Program-made: the position numbers and the translations under genes | Source of the DNA: Anthoceros angustus | Lineage: Eukaryota > Plantae > Anthocerotophyta | Direction of reading: 5' to 3' | NCBI GenBank assembly: GCA_010909165.1 | Contig: VJWM01000324.1 | Coordinates: 1-64,000 of the forward strand | Length of the DNA: 64,000 nucleotides | In this document: piece by piece, positions 22,861 through 35,382 of the stretch | Layout: each line of letters starts with the position of its first letter | Numbering within the stretch: the stretch's first letter is position 1 | Notes under the pieces: model-generated | Seen by the model: only the letters and a program-made list of their open reading frames with translations | Databases searched by the model: none | What the model was told of the DNA's origin: nothing

Positions 22861-24028
22861 CGTCATATAAACTACCACTAAATCTCAATCATAACGTACT
22901 TTGATATAGACAACACAAGACAGCGTAATAAGTGAGTTGCATTATTTTTGATGGATCGTTAGCTAGTTTGAGACCCTTCACACATGGCAGGTTAGAGAAG
23001 GATGTTTTTGAGTACAAAAATAGAGGTGCTTTTTTGAGCGGGTCGCGTGGGAACATAGGAAGGGTGACGCGGGGGTCCATTTGGGGCGCACAGTTCGCTT
23101 ACGCCTCACCGCACAGTCACGTCACTGCGCCCGGCGCAGCGGTTGGTGGAATCTCGGAAGCGCGTGAGATTCAGTTTTACGGTGAGCCAGCAGGCCGTGC
23201 AGTAGAATATTCAAGTGGGGAGGGCGGTGCATCGGAGGCAGCGGCAGCGGCGGCAGCCAAGCAAGGGCCGGGCCGGGCCGGGCCGGGCCGGGCTTCCACG
23301 ACCAGGGTCTCGGATCGAGGGCCGAAGCCTGCTACCTGCCGCACTCTACCATCGCCTCGCTTTCAAAGGTTCACCTTCTTTTTTCGCCTTTACCCGAGGC
23401 GGGGGACAGCGATTATGCAACACGCTACAGTGACGGGTTGCGGGGATGCAATTTTCTATGAGCGGAAATTAGAGGGGAGATGCGACTGGGCTAGGGCTTG
23501 CAAAATGTTTGTGTGACATCCCGATTCTTGTCCCAGATCTGCTTCGTGGCTTTTGTGTGACCGACCTAGTGGAGCTTGTTGGATAATTTACGCGAGAGTC
23601 CTGCTGTTGGTGTCCGACCGGGGGCCTCACCGGCTTCTTATAGATAAATTGCACTGCAGCTCCAGATCCAGGATCTCACTATTGAAATTCATTCCACTGT
23701 GAGTATCTATCCAGGAATTGGCAGGAGTGTCCCGGTTCCAGTCTTCCAGATCGTGCTGAGAAATCTTGTAAGACAGGATTTACGATGGAGGAGCCTCAGG
23801 TTAAGGCAGGTAACTGACGCCACCCGATGTGAGCTTAACTGCGAGAGGACTGCGGTAAACAGACGTGCTGGACGCAAGACGCTCGAATGGGACGGTGGGA
23901 TTGCCGGCAAACAACTATTATCTTGTCATTTTCTGTCATTCTTGTCGCATTGAAGCGCGCTTTCTGCCGGGATAGCTGTGCGTTGTGTACTGTGTGCTGT
24001 GAGACTGTTGAAGCAATTTCGCCGCACG

Positions 24029-27000
24029 TCATTCCTCCTGGAAATTGAACGTCGGCTCCTCCGACTGTTCTTCTTCGTCCGCTGTTTCCAGTGCAGCGTC
24101 TGGGGCACTCTTGCAGAACTTCAGCACAAAGGCTCGGAAAATCTGCACCGCTGCGTTTAGGTCTTTTCGTCCCTCGATCATCTGTGCCAGAGCGCCGCGC
24201 ACCTCCTCGAACTCGGCTTTGGTGTCCTTGTCTTTCAGCAGGTTCACATTTACCCGCTGTTGTGCCTGCACACCCGCAGCAAGGAAATGGTGCGTCATGT
24301 GTCCTGCAGGTGGTGTAAGAAGAAGAGGTGGTGGCATGTGAATCCGCGAACCTTGACCCAAGTCCTTTTCAGGACAATGTATATGACATCCGGAGGAGCA
24401 CTGATGCCGCGGGTGTGGGCGATGGTGGCAAAGGCTGACGGGCTGATACGATCTCCTCCATCCATCAGGACCAGCGTCTCACGGTACATTCGAGTCGCAA
24501 TCTGACTCTTTATGCTGGGATTTGCGGTTGAGATGATGTCTCGGAAGTCGTTGAAGGTGAGTAACCCTTCCTGTGTAACGTCTCCTGCAATGAAGAGAGT
24601 CTCCAGTTCTTGCCTCTGCGCGCACCAGTACAAACCAATCCTAAGCAAACTTGTCACAAAGTCTAGCAGGCACGAGAGGTGCTCCACTGGCCGAATCCTT
24701 ACCTTCTCTTTGGACAAAGGCACCCTTGTGGACTTCCGTCTTGCTGCAAGTTTCTTGGCGTCTTGCGCCTATGTAAGGGAAATTGGAGATGTAAGCTTTT
24801 GTGGGGGTGTTGAATTTCCATCCGCTTCCAGAAAGTTTGTAAGCTGTTCAGGATATGCTCACCGTGTCTGCTTGTTCCTTGGTGTCAAGAACTGCCTCCA
24901 TGAGCAGATCCCAGTCTAGCTTTCGAACCTCGCTCAGCTTTACCAGTTTCTTAACCTGCAGCCCACAACCGTTTGAAGCCTGACCCTGACAGGTATGGAA
25001 CTCATCCGGGGAATGCAAGCTCGGACCGACTGCACTACCTCAGGAGAACACTTTTCCTTGACAGCATTGGCAGCTGCGAATTTCTCAACGAGCGTGCTGG
25101 CAGATTCCTGTCCCCCACAGCGCTCCACTAAACTGGGCTCATCTGTGAAATTGTAGAGAAGAGCACAATTCACGAAGCACTGGCCCTCTTCTTGCTCCGT
25201 GGTGAAAATGGTCCCCACTTTTCCCTGAGCCTTGGCAAGTGTCTGCCCCAGGCACCATGGTGGTCAGCTTCTTTATTTTGTTACACAGATTCTTTCAGGT
25301 TATAACAAATCCTACAGGCTCCTTGTACCTTCAAGTACACGTACAGATCGCGCTCTCCATACTGGGTTTTAGCATCAAACCCAACGAACCTCGAAAACAA
25401 TCGTATCTGCCAAGTTGAGATCATAACATAAATTGGAGAGCACGGAAGTACCTTGAAAGGTCCAGATGGCAGGAAATTGCAAACTCACCCGATGAGCCTT
25501 CTCAATCTGCCTACTGACTATAAGGCTTCTGATGGTTTTGAACATTCCATGGATCGCTGCCTCAGAGAGCTTTTTCAGCCCATACTGATGCAGCATGTGA
25601 TCGTATATGAATTCACAACACGTTTGCCGGTCTAGATTGCTGTCGTCGTCGATTATGTCAGCCTCGATCTTTGCAGTATATATTGATGATATCAGCCTCG
25701 TCAGCTGCAACAGACGTAGCCTCGGGTGGGTTTCAACAAATCTATGTGCTGGAAGTCACTCCGAAGATCATCAGAGGCAGGCGAGTCTGCTGAAGAGCAT
25801 TACTGACCTGCCGGATGTTCATGAAGCGGGTATTCTTTGGTGAGACCTTGATGTTCATCAAATGTCCGAAGCCTAACGGAACAGGTGTCTTCGATACCAA
25901 TCCCCTGTCATGGGAAATGAGCATAAGTCCCCCTTGAGCTCATGAGATTGATTCCAGCCCAGTCGATGAGACGAGAGAGTTGGGTGAGACAGCAGAAGAA
26001 GCACCTACTTCAAATCACTGGCCCTGCCGCCACCTATCTCCTCCGTTGGCTGAACGCTGCCACTACGTGAAGAGGCTGTCGTGGAGAGATACCCGCCTAC
26101 ACGTTTCTTCCCAACCTTTTTGCTGCCCCTACGGCTGCTACGGCCTGGTGCACCCTCACGACCGTCATCTCCTTCCTCCGCAATGCTTTGACCACTTCCC
26201 CTTCGGCTTGGACTTATAAACACATCGTCCTCGGCCACATCTGCTGCATGCCTCCCTGTAATATCTCGGTACCTGAAGCAGTAAGCACTTGTCACAGGGC
26301 TGCCAGCATTTTTCTCAGCTTCAAAACCCGGATGAGAATAGCTACCTGCGTAGCAGCCTTTTAATATCAGTAGCCAATGTGCCCTCCACCACAGGAAGGC
26401 TACTCTCGAGCAAGAAAATGGTATCCTCGGCAAGTGCCCCGTATTTTGCGAGTTGGCCTTCTAGTGCATCAAGTTCAGCTCCAGAGTCTTGAGCATTACG
26501 AGCCACTTCCTTATCAGTTCCAAATTCATCAAACTTGTTCAGCCGCATAATTTTCTTGATCTTAGGATACCATGTCTCAAGCCTTCCAGGAGCAGACTTG
26601 GGTCTCTTCGCATATCCCTGTAGTTCAACCCAGACGATCCAACAATCATTCCACTTGAACTTGAAATACGTTACAGAACCTAGATTGTAGCAAATTGCAC
26701 TACAACACTACTGAGAATGTGTCTTTCCTTCAGCTCATCCTCTTCTGTTTGGGTACATGCTTCTGGTAAAGTCAAAAGGTAGGCTATCCTTGCTTCCAAT
26801 TCTGCAGCAGCTTCCGAGTCTAGTGAACCAGAGTACTCACTGCTTTCGCCAGTTCCACCAGAGGAATCTTGTGAGCCAGAATCACGATCAGTATCTTCGT
26901 CACTGCTCTCACTATCACTATCCTCCCGCTCAGCATACACTGAGCCTGATAACTCTGATTGTCTGTCTTCGTCCGATGGAAGCACCTCATCACTTCCTAC

Positions 27001-30000
27001 TATGGCGTCCATCAGTACCTTTTTCACCCTCTGCTCAAACCAGAGAGAACAGTCACAACAGTGGTCATGTTTCAAGCTGCAAAGCAGAATGAGTTTTATG
27101 GCACCGTACCTCCCATCCAGATTTTATAGGATCCTTTTTGTCCTTAGAATCACGGGTGTTGGATGTTGGGGCGGTGTCTCGCTCCTTGTCCATTTCCTTC
27201 TCCTTTTCCATTTCCTTTTCCTTTTCCATTTCCTTTTCCTTGTGAGCTTCGTGGTCTAATTTCTTGGAGGATTCCTGCTTCTTGGATGTGGCCTCCTGAG
27301 TTTTCCGGTCTGTCGCGCTCTTAAATGCTTTGCGCTCTCGCTCTTTATCAGCAAGTGCAACCTTGGCCGCCTCGATCGCTCTGTTGTTGACAAATAGCAC
27401 ATCAGCACCACAGACTACGAGGACGATCTTCCAGCCACTTCCTAATGTGACCAGCAAAATGGCTCTGGTCCTGCAACGCTATACTTCTTTCATGGTATGA
27501 GAAACACTCATGCAACTATCATGGATAGTTTCATACAGGACAAAGCAGCGCCATACGTCTGCACACTAAAGAATTAGTTCCTGTCTGAGCGATGTTCGTG
27601 GACAAACAATACCCACGGAGCATCAATGTTCTGGGACTGTACTTGTAACCCATGTCGAGAACTGCTTGGCTGCTCTCTTTGGCTTCCTTTGCAACAACGT
27701 CTTCTTTGTTGTCACTTATGCTGGTAAACCATTTTCCTCGTGCCTTTCGAAGCAGTTCCTCCCTAGACCTTGGAGTCATGTTCTCAGACAGACAGAGGCG
27801 GCATCGATGTATCTTGGACAGTTCGTGTGCTTGTTTCTTCTGAAGTTGCTCAAGACCTGCAATTTGGTCTTTCAGCATCTCTGTCTCCTTGTATCTTTCC
27901 TCGTGGATTGCTTTCTCTGCAACCACCTTTTCGTTGATAAGTCTGACCTCCTCTTCAGCTGCGTTTAATCTGGGCTCCACCAATACCATGACCTGGAGAG
28001 GAGGTTCGAAAGAAGTACACTGTAAGCACTCATCTTGATCAGCTTCAAGAGCAAGATGCTACTTCAAATATGAGGGATCTCAAAAAGCTTAGCGTTGTCC
28101 AGGGAGGAAGCGTAGTAGCTAACCCGACAGAGCATGGACCTGGTTGAAGATTCGGAGGAGTTGCCGCCAGAGATGGAGAAGAAGATTGCCTCTATCTTCA
28201 CAATGAATTCGGACCTGTTATTCCATCCAACACTCGTAAGTTCCTGAGTGTCTCGTCACACGTCATTTGCTTTCAGTCACTGCCTTTCCTCTCGTCAACT
28301 CCATTTGCCATTTGCAACAGTGAAGTACCTGTCTAACAATCTCCAGAAACGCAATACAATGCAACACAAACGCGGATTCCACATCCTCAAATGCACCATC
28401 TGGTGTTTCACGACTGTTACGTTGAGTGGCATGTTGAAGCCATGCACCCAAGAGCTCTACATCTTCCCTTTTACCTGGCTGTTATCCGCCAAATGCCCAG
28501 TACTGAACATTACATGGGACATATCCTTACGAGCATAAGCTTATACACAACCCGAACACTGATATCAGGCGATAAATGTATGCACTACCTGAAGTGCTGG
28601 GAAGAGCACAAAGTACCACCTCTTGTCCAGGTGCGAGAATGCTGCTTTGTACTCGTTGTCTGGCTACGGAACAACAAGACTTGACATCAGAAGGGTGTCT
28701 AGACTGTCAAGCCATAACGTAATAACCAATGGTGCTCAGCGCACAAAGATGAAAAGGCACATACTTTGAACATTCCCTTCCGCACCACATAGTCATCAAA
28801 AGGTATAAGTGAAGGAAGAGAAGCTCCCGATGGTACGGATAGACTTGGGAACAAAGATGGTGTTCTTTGGGCAATCTCCTTAGGCAAAGGACTATTCCGA
28901 CCGACATTGGAGTGGGGTGTGGCAGCGGCATTAATTTCGCCACAGCACTGGCAAATAAATTTTCCAACGATGCTTCCTACAGGTGACACACTTCTTCGAG
29001 GTTGAAGCCCTGGTGTACTAACAGGTCCAGCTGCGGGGGGTGAGGAAGGTGGTAACAGCACAGTTCCAGTCGTGTGATCAGCACTCGTCTTGTTAGGTCT
29101 GTCCTGGTCCACATATCCTTGCCCTGGTTGAGCAGCGATTGGCATGTGGCCTTCAGCTAGAAGGCTTGTAAGGAGATCCTCCGCTTGCTCGAAGCTCGTC
29201 TTCCTCTCATTCCCTGCCTCGTCTCTGCCACCTGTATTCTAGCCCCGTTAATGGGATACTCAACTTCCGTGCATAGCTACTATTGCAGTCACAAAATCTG
29301 GTGGCCCACTGAGGAAGATGGTCAAGTTTGTCGAAAGTTTGCCTGCATCGAGACGCTTCTCAGTGTGAGGATGGTCAGTGAAACGATGCAGCAGCCCTTT
29401 CACTTTCTGCAGAAGCGCTTGATCCTTTCTAAGAAATTCTGCTGCTGGGGAGAGACGCTGATCTCGGGCTTCCAAAGCATCCCACTCTGCCTTGACTTCA
29501 CGTACATGATCTGCTGCCGATGAAGGAACAGCTTCCATCTGGATGATTTAAATATAGTCTTGTGGTCAGATACATGAGATGGTACAGTAAGAAACGAGAA
29601 TTCCAGTCCAAGACAGATCACCTGATCCAGCATAGCACGGATCTGTTCATCCTTAAGCCCAATTGACTGAAGGAGCCATTGCTTTGCGTTCACAGGGATT
29701 GTCACCGTCTCCCTTCGACCTTGCTTGGCCGATGCATCAACGCTGCCTCTGTTCCGGACGTCAGTGCCCTGATGAATAGGGAAGCGGGTGTCTTTAAGCA
29801 AGGATGTCTATATGCCCTGCTGCAAGATGACTACAGTTACAACTCCAGCCATGAGCAATGACATGGTCACCTCACCTGCATGATTAGGTCCAGGACGCTG
29901 CTCCTGCGACCACTGTCCATGCTGCTTCTAGGTCTCACGGCGGTAGGCACATGCAAGTCTATGTCGGCCCGGCTGAAACGCTCATTCCTTACGAAAGGGT

Positions 30001-31071
30001 TTTCCTGTGGTTCTGGCGAAGGCCTCACACTGGGTCCGAGAGCAGATGCCTGTGCCTTGATCAGATAGCTGGGAATTTTGAGCAAGAGTGCCTCTTTCTC
30101 CAGAAGTCCTGGAACCTGAGATAGGTCATTCTGGGGTTTAGGTTCTACTGAATTCCCCATCTCGTCTCCTGGCACTCTGCATTAGAAACACCAGCTCAGA
30201 AGGACCAGCCCGCATGCGCAAGCACCACCAAAGCTGGTTGCAGTGGCAAGCAAAGCAATGCTAACCTGGGAGTTTGCACCGCGTTCGGATTGGGGACATG
30301 TCCCTCTGCTTTGTTGGACAGAGGTGAGGTGGGTTCGCGCTCAGGAAGCAGCGTGACAAAGGACATAGGCCGCGAGGGACTCCTAGGCCGGTGCTCACAC
30401 TTCGGGTCCCCATCCTCGCAGCTGCAGATGGGCGTGTTGGTGAGCAGCGGACCTAGCTTCAAACTGGGCCGTTGAGCTGAAGACGGAGTGGCAGCCCTTG
30501 ATACATGGGCCTCGGGAGAGGGAGAACGGGACAGGGACGGAGAGCCAGGAGAAGACGGAGAGGTGCTGGAAGAGCCTCGTCTCCTGTGAGAGCCCTTAGG
30601 GGAGGCGACAGGCGGAGAGGGAGAGTTGAAGAAGCTTCGGGAAGGGGAAGATCCGCTCGGTGGAGAAGGCGACCGAGCCCTGCTGCTCCGACCCGAGGCA
30701 GGCGAGGCAGAGAACCAGCGGGAGACGGGCAGCAGCTCCGGCGACGGAGACCTCCGGTACGCAGCCCCAACCTCCGGCGTGGAGCTGCGGCTGGGACGCC
30801 TGGAAGCCTCCCGGGACAGCGCCCTGGGGGCATTGTAGGCCTCTTCCAGTCGCTCATCTTCCCTGCCCTTGATGGCACCCTCGTACTCCACCCAATTCAT
30901 ACTGATGTTGCTTTCTTTCCGGCTGGCAGCCCTGCCCTTGCGAGGTGGCGAGGCGGAGCGGCTGTTCCGAGCCGCCGCTGGTCTCACTGGTCGTGAGGGA
31001 GAGGAGGGTCTATTGTCGGCACCTGCCTCCTTCACTGGTGCGCTCGCCTTCTTGTTCTTATCCACGGCCAT
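24029..31071 (-). CDS. Large multi-exon uncharacterised protein: Ser/Pro/Arg-rich N-terminus, coiled coils, C-terminal helical and EF-hand-like domain (possibly ciliary)
   Basis: Successive minus-strand exon-sized ORFs (30196-31080, 29867-30175, 29260-29538, 28699-29145, 27531-27989, 27065-27457, 26680-27075, 25375-25710, 24940-25218, 24295-24723, 24029-24361) with GT-AG borders. ISSIYTAKIEADIIDD...CEFIYDHMLHQYGLKKL and LFIAGDVTQEGLLTFNDFRDII (EF-hand-like). Exact exon limits not all resolved; the product call is tentative. Confidence 0.78.
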
Positions 31072-32109
31072 CGCTGCCAACCCTGATATGGGATCAAGAG
31101 CCCACCACCAGAAACATGCATGTGGCGTTGTTTCTTAGCAGTTTCACCAAAACCCACCCAAGAGAGGTTTTCGAACGCTGTCCGCTGGCTCGCACGCACG
31201 CTTCCATCACCAAGAGGCCCGGCAACAGGCATGCCTTTGTCATTGAAGTGGGACGAAGAAAGAGCCAGCTGGTCTCATGTACAGAAAGGCAAGGTGACCG
31301 TTACTAACTGCCCCGCGCTTCCCCTTCACGTTCGGCGGACATTTTACCTCGTCTCATAACTCATCAGGAATCGTAACGGATAAACGAATTCTCGTGATTT
31401 TTTAGAGTTGTCCCTCTCAAAATTTTCATCACTTCAAACTCTCCATATCAAACTCGCAGAGTTGCCAAGCCTTCCATGTCTCCATGGAGAAGCACACAAT
31501 ATGTCAATCTCTTGGCAGCTATTCATGTACAACTTTTCCACGCCGTCCTACACTGCTTAAAGCGTCCAGTCGCCACCCATGACAAATGATGCTAGCTCAT
31601 CGGCAGATGTCAACTGTAAGTTTTCCCTGGTCCTCAATAGCCGCTTCAAATCCCACTGTAACATATCATGCCGCAAAACCTGCCTTGCCACCACTGTGTA
31701 CCAACTGTGCAAGGTCCGAAGGCCACCAAAAACCTCGGTGACGTATAATCATTTCCTGCCGCAGCAGAAAGGTATAAGTTACGTAGTATCTAGTGGCTGC
31801 CGTGCCTCACAGGCACAAGCTGGCCAGGGAACCTGAGGTAGTGCAAACTATCCTTGAAGATTAACCAAAAGGATCCCTCCCTATTTCCTCGTTCGACCAC
31901 CTTGGCTCGGCCAGATACACAGGTACACTCCTAGAAAAATCTCCTGTCCTTCATCAAGGATGACCCTTTTCAGTCCGATGCTGTTGGCAGTTGGATCACA
32001 TGATGAAATTAGGGGGAAAGGCCGATTTGGCAGTCACCTGACAAGAGTTCCTCAACAATGTCCCCACGCGGGGACGACAGAGGCTGCATCTGCTGCGCCT
32101 GGAGCCAGG

Positions 32110-33081
32110 TCACCGTTTTGAAACTACATCGCCGAGCTGCTGCTTCTCCACGCGGTCGTCCAGCCACGACCTAATATCCTGCAACACAATGGCACTGACC
32201 TCATCCGGTTCCCCGTGTATGAGCGAGTGCCTGGCACCCTGATACACCTTGAACGTCTTATCCGAGCTGCCAGCCCGCTCGTACAAGGCCCTGGTGCCCT
32301 GGATGTCAGCCACCATGTCGCAGGCGCCGTGCAGCGCAAGGAAGGGCAAGGCACATCGCTCGAAGTTGCGATCGAAGTAGTCACACACCCGCAGGATCTC
32401 CCGCATGGTCCCGATCCTGCGCTTCCCCGTATACAGCCTAGGATTGGCAGCGATGGCCTGGGCCTTGGCCGACCCAGCCTGATTCGGCCTCCGCCTCTCG
32501 GGCACCACGGCCCAGCTGTCCGCCAAGCTCAGCACGGGGTAGCCCGTGAGCTTCACCCACCACGGCGGCATCATGCGCTCGGGAACCCTGAGCAAGGGCG
32601 CGCTCAGCACCGCCCCCGCCCAGCCCTCCGGGTCCTGCCAGTGCATAAGCAGCGTCACCGCCCCGCCCAGCGACTCCCCGAACAGAAATGCCGGCAGCCC
32701 CTTGTGCTTCTCCCGCACGGCCTGGAAGAACTCCAGCTGCGCCTCCGCAAAGGCATCCAGGCTGAAGACGTAGCCCTGCAGCCCCTCGGATCGGCCGTGC
32801 CCCAGCAGGTCCGCCGCCGCCGCAATGTAACCCCACCTCGCCACCTCCATAGCCAGGCTCTGGAACAGCCAGCCCGTGTCGTTGCCATAACCGTGCGACA
32901 AGCACACCACCCCCTTCACTCCTTCCGAACCCTCATCGCCCTCCGCCCTTTCGAAGATTTGCGTGAAGATGGAGCCGTGCCGGGTTACAAATCGTGACTT
33001 GCTGTTCTTCACGCCCTGCCTGGCGTAAAACTCCTCCTCCGGCTCGGCTCCCCAGTAGTTTAGCTCCTCGCTGACCACCAT
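32110..33081 (-). CDS. CSE: Caffeoyl shikimate esterase / lysophospholipase-2-like alpha/beta hydrolase, single exon, ~323 aa
   Basis: NYWGAEPEEEFYARQGVKNSKS, HGYGNDTGWLFQ, DLLGHGRS, nucleophile FGESLGG, NPRLYTGKRRIGTMRE, HG..D, HSLIHGEPDE all parallel angiosperm CSE. Substrate specificity is not established. Confidence 0.85.
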   Translation of the reverse strand: MVVSEELNYWGAEPEEEFYARQGVKNSKSRFVTRHGSIFTQIFERAEGDEGSEGVKGVVCLSHGYGNDTGWLFQSLAMEVARWGYIAAAADLLGHGRSEGLQGYVFSLDAFAEAQLEFFQAVREKHKGLPAFLFGESLGGAVTLLMHWQDPEGWAGAVLSAPLLRVPERMMPPWWVKLTGYPVLSLADSWAVVPERRRPNQAGSAKAQAIAANPRLYTGKRRIGTMREILRVCDYFDRNFERCALPFLALHGACDMVADIQGTRALYERAGSSDKTFKVYQGARHSLIHGEPDEVSAIVLQDIRSWLDDRVEKQQLGDVVSKR

Positions 33082-33545
33082 GGCTCGCGTGCAGAGCTGA
33101 GCTGCCTGCGCTCCGGGGAATGGCAGTTTGCAGATTCTCAGCGAGTCCACTTAGGATGGAACTTTCCTTGGTGTTCCTAAGCTGAACAGAATGCTAACAG
33201 CCACGTTCCTGTAAATCTGTGTCCCTTTGGCCTATGCCATTTGGACACACATATGCGCCGTCTAATCGAAATGGTGGTGGGACGCCGTGACAATGACGAG
33301 ACCTCACAGACATCCGATGGTACCGGTCGTGTCGACCACCTTTCAGACCACTGGGACTGACGATGGATGCAAGCGGGTCGTGACAAGCTGCATTGCAGAG
33401 TTTATTACATGAGTGCGTGTACAATGCGTACACAAAGAATGGTGGTTTTCCAAGCCTAGGGCCTGAAAAAATATTTACACTCTCATACCCCTTACAAAAT
33501 CGGAGTTTGGAGTCGCAAACCCAAGGGTCTCGAGACGACTCCTCC

Positions 33546-34532
33546 TCAGGTGGAGATGGCGCAGGCGGAAGTGGCGGGATTCCACAGCGATGGCACAAGG
33601 TAGCGACTTCTCTTGAGGCCATAGACGTTGAAGTTGCCTCCGGTTTTGGCGTCGGTGCGGAGGTCGCCGGGGTAGCCGGGGAAGGAGTTGGGGCCGTAGT
33701 TGCCAGAGCAGGCGGTGGCGGCTTCCAAGGGAGCGAGGGCGTCGCCCTGGTAGTAGGCGTTGCCGAAGGGGTTGGTGCTGGCGCCGGCCAGCATGGAGGC
33801 AATGTTGATCACCATGCCGTCGATGCCGACGTCGCCGTTGGGGGACTTGGCCGGGGCGGTGGTGGGGGCGCCGGGGAAGGCCGGGGCGGCGAAGGGCCAG
33901 GCGCACATGCCGGGGCACTGGCTGCCGGAGTTCCCGACCCAGGCGAAGGGGAGCTTCGCGGATCCCTTGAGCACGGCGTGGCTGCCACAGGAATTCATGC
34001 AGAAGTCCTCCACGGCGATGTCGGCCGCGGTTAGGAGGAAGTAGAGGCCGTGCGCGTCCACCGGGAGCTTCTTGGAGTCCAGAGCCTGCTGCACCAGAGA
34101 ATCCAGGTCGGCCTGCTTGAGGTTCTTGCCCAGGGAGCCCTTGTCTGCGGCCTGCCCTGCCAGCTTCACGGCCGCGGGGACGGCATCGCCGCTGGCATCC
34201 TTGTAGCCGGCTGTGAGCTTCCACCAGCTGGTCACGCTGGGGCTCCTTCCCCCGCTCAGCTCGATGGACTTGATGAAGCCGTTGAGGATGTGCTTCTGCA
34301 CCCGGGAGAAGGCGCCGTACCACAGAATGTAGACATTGATGCCAGCCCCGGCCCCGAGCACATTCCCGCCGTGATACTCCAGGACCAGGGGCTGATCCGG
34401 CACCAGGGCCTTTAGCGCACGCCTTCCCGCAGTGCGCTCCTCAGTGCTGCTCAGAACCCTGCCTTGTGCCTGCGCTGCGGTGATTGCCAGAAGGAGAAGA
34501 ATGCCGATGCAGCAGACGCCTGATCCAGCCAT
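33546..34532 (-). CDS. EXO: EXORDIUM/PHI-1 (phosphate-induced protein 1) family secreted protein, single exon, ~328 aa
   Basis: Signal peptide MAGSGVCCIGILLLLAITAAQA; motifs LEYHGG, YILWYG, PSVTSWW, CPGMCAWPF, PNGDVGIDGMVINIASMLAGASTNPFGNAYYQG, PLEAATAC, YLVPSLWNP. Confidence 0.95.
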   Translation of the reverse strand: MAGSGVCCIGILLLLAITAAQAQGRVLSSTEERTAGRRALKALVPDQPLVLEYHGGNVLGAGAGINVYILWYGAFSRVQKHILNGFIKSIELSGGRSPSVTSWWKLTAGYKDASGDAVPAAVKLAGQAADKGSLGKNLKQADLDSLVQQALDSKKLPVDAHGLYFLLTAADIAVEDFCMNSCGSHAVLKGSAKLPFAWVGNSGSQCPGMCAWPFAAPAFPGAPTTAPAKSPNGDVGIDGMVINIASMLAGASTNPFGNAYYQGDALAPLEAATACSGNYGPNSFPGYPGDLRTDAKTGGNFNVYGLKRSRYLVPSLWNPATSACAIST

Positions 34533-34965
34533 GCCTTCCGATAAGTGTGAGACTCGCCACGGGCGGAGAAGGATCAGCTCCGGTAGCAAGTGCGGAAAGC
34601 AAGGGAAGCGGGGGAGGCAGGTGCTGAAGGAATGTGGCAAGTGTAGCAGGAGGTGCGGTGGAAAGAGGAGATGGAAGCGGAGGACGGCGAGGAGCTGTGG
34701 GTGGAGTTGGGAGGCCGCCATGGCGCTATAAGGGCAGGCAGTCAGGCAGGCAGGCAGGCAAGGCGCGGGAGGCGAGCTGTCCCCAGCGCGAAGCTGCTCG
34801 AGCAGGGGAAGAGAGCGCGGAACTTGCTGGCAGCCAGCTTGCACCTGCCAGGAAAGCCGCTCCAATCTCAGCTGTCATCAACGGTCACTTTTCATACGCT
34901 GTCCGCCTGTCCGGACACGGATGGCTTGCCTCCGTCACGATTCCCGACGTTTCTTTCACTCATAA

Positions 34966-35047
34966 CAATCGCATCAAGATCAAATTGCCTGGCTGTCTGA
35001 ACATGTACCAATCGCATCGAAATCGAATTGCCTGGCTGTCTGAACAT
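34966..35047. repeat. 43-bp tandem duplication upstream of EXO
   Basis: CAATCGCATC..A.ATC.AATTGCCTGGCTGTCTGAACAT at 34966 and 35009. Confidence 0.85.
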
Positions 35048-35382
35048 AACAGCTACCAGACAGTCAGAGACTCTCAATGCCATGGAAACTTCCAGGGGTA
35101 GTGACTACCTACTTAACATGGGCATTAGGTACTGATGAGAGACTTCAGTATGTCAGTTGTGAAGCGTGGGACTGCGGATCGTCGCTGCATATGGAGCTCA
35201 TTCAACTGTTCACTCTGGAGGGCGGTTCTAACCACCAAGAACAATCAGAACTCGTGGCAAAAATGGAGCCTCGCATGGTCACTGCAAGGAAGGAGGTGGG
35301 TGGGACGCGTGGCCGCACTCAAAGGTGTTGAGCTCTAGGAAGGTGAAACCAACGCAGGAAGCTGTATGCATACAGTAGAACC

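Noticed and set aside
32215-34323. Large ORFs 32215-32997, 33393-34034 and 33475-34323
   Set aside because: Shadow frames of the high-GC3 CSE and EXO genes.
17445-34532. Phosphate-response gene cluster (PHR-like factor, PHI-1/EXO, lipase-like esterase)
   Set aside because: The genes are separated by an unrelated 7-kb gene, no P1BS was seen in the EXO upstream region, and PHI-1 naming does not imply PHR control; probably coincidental.
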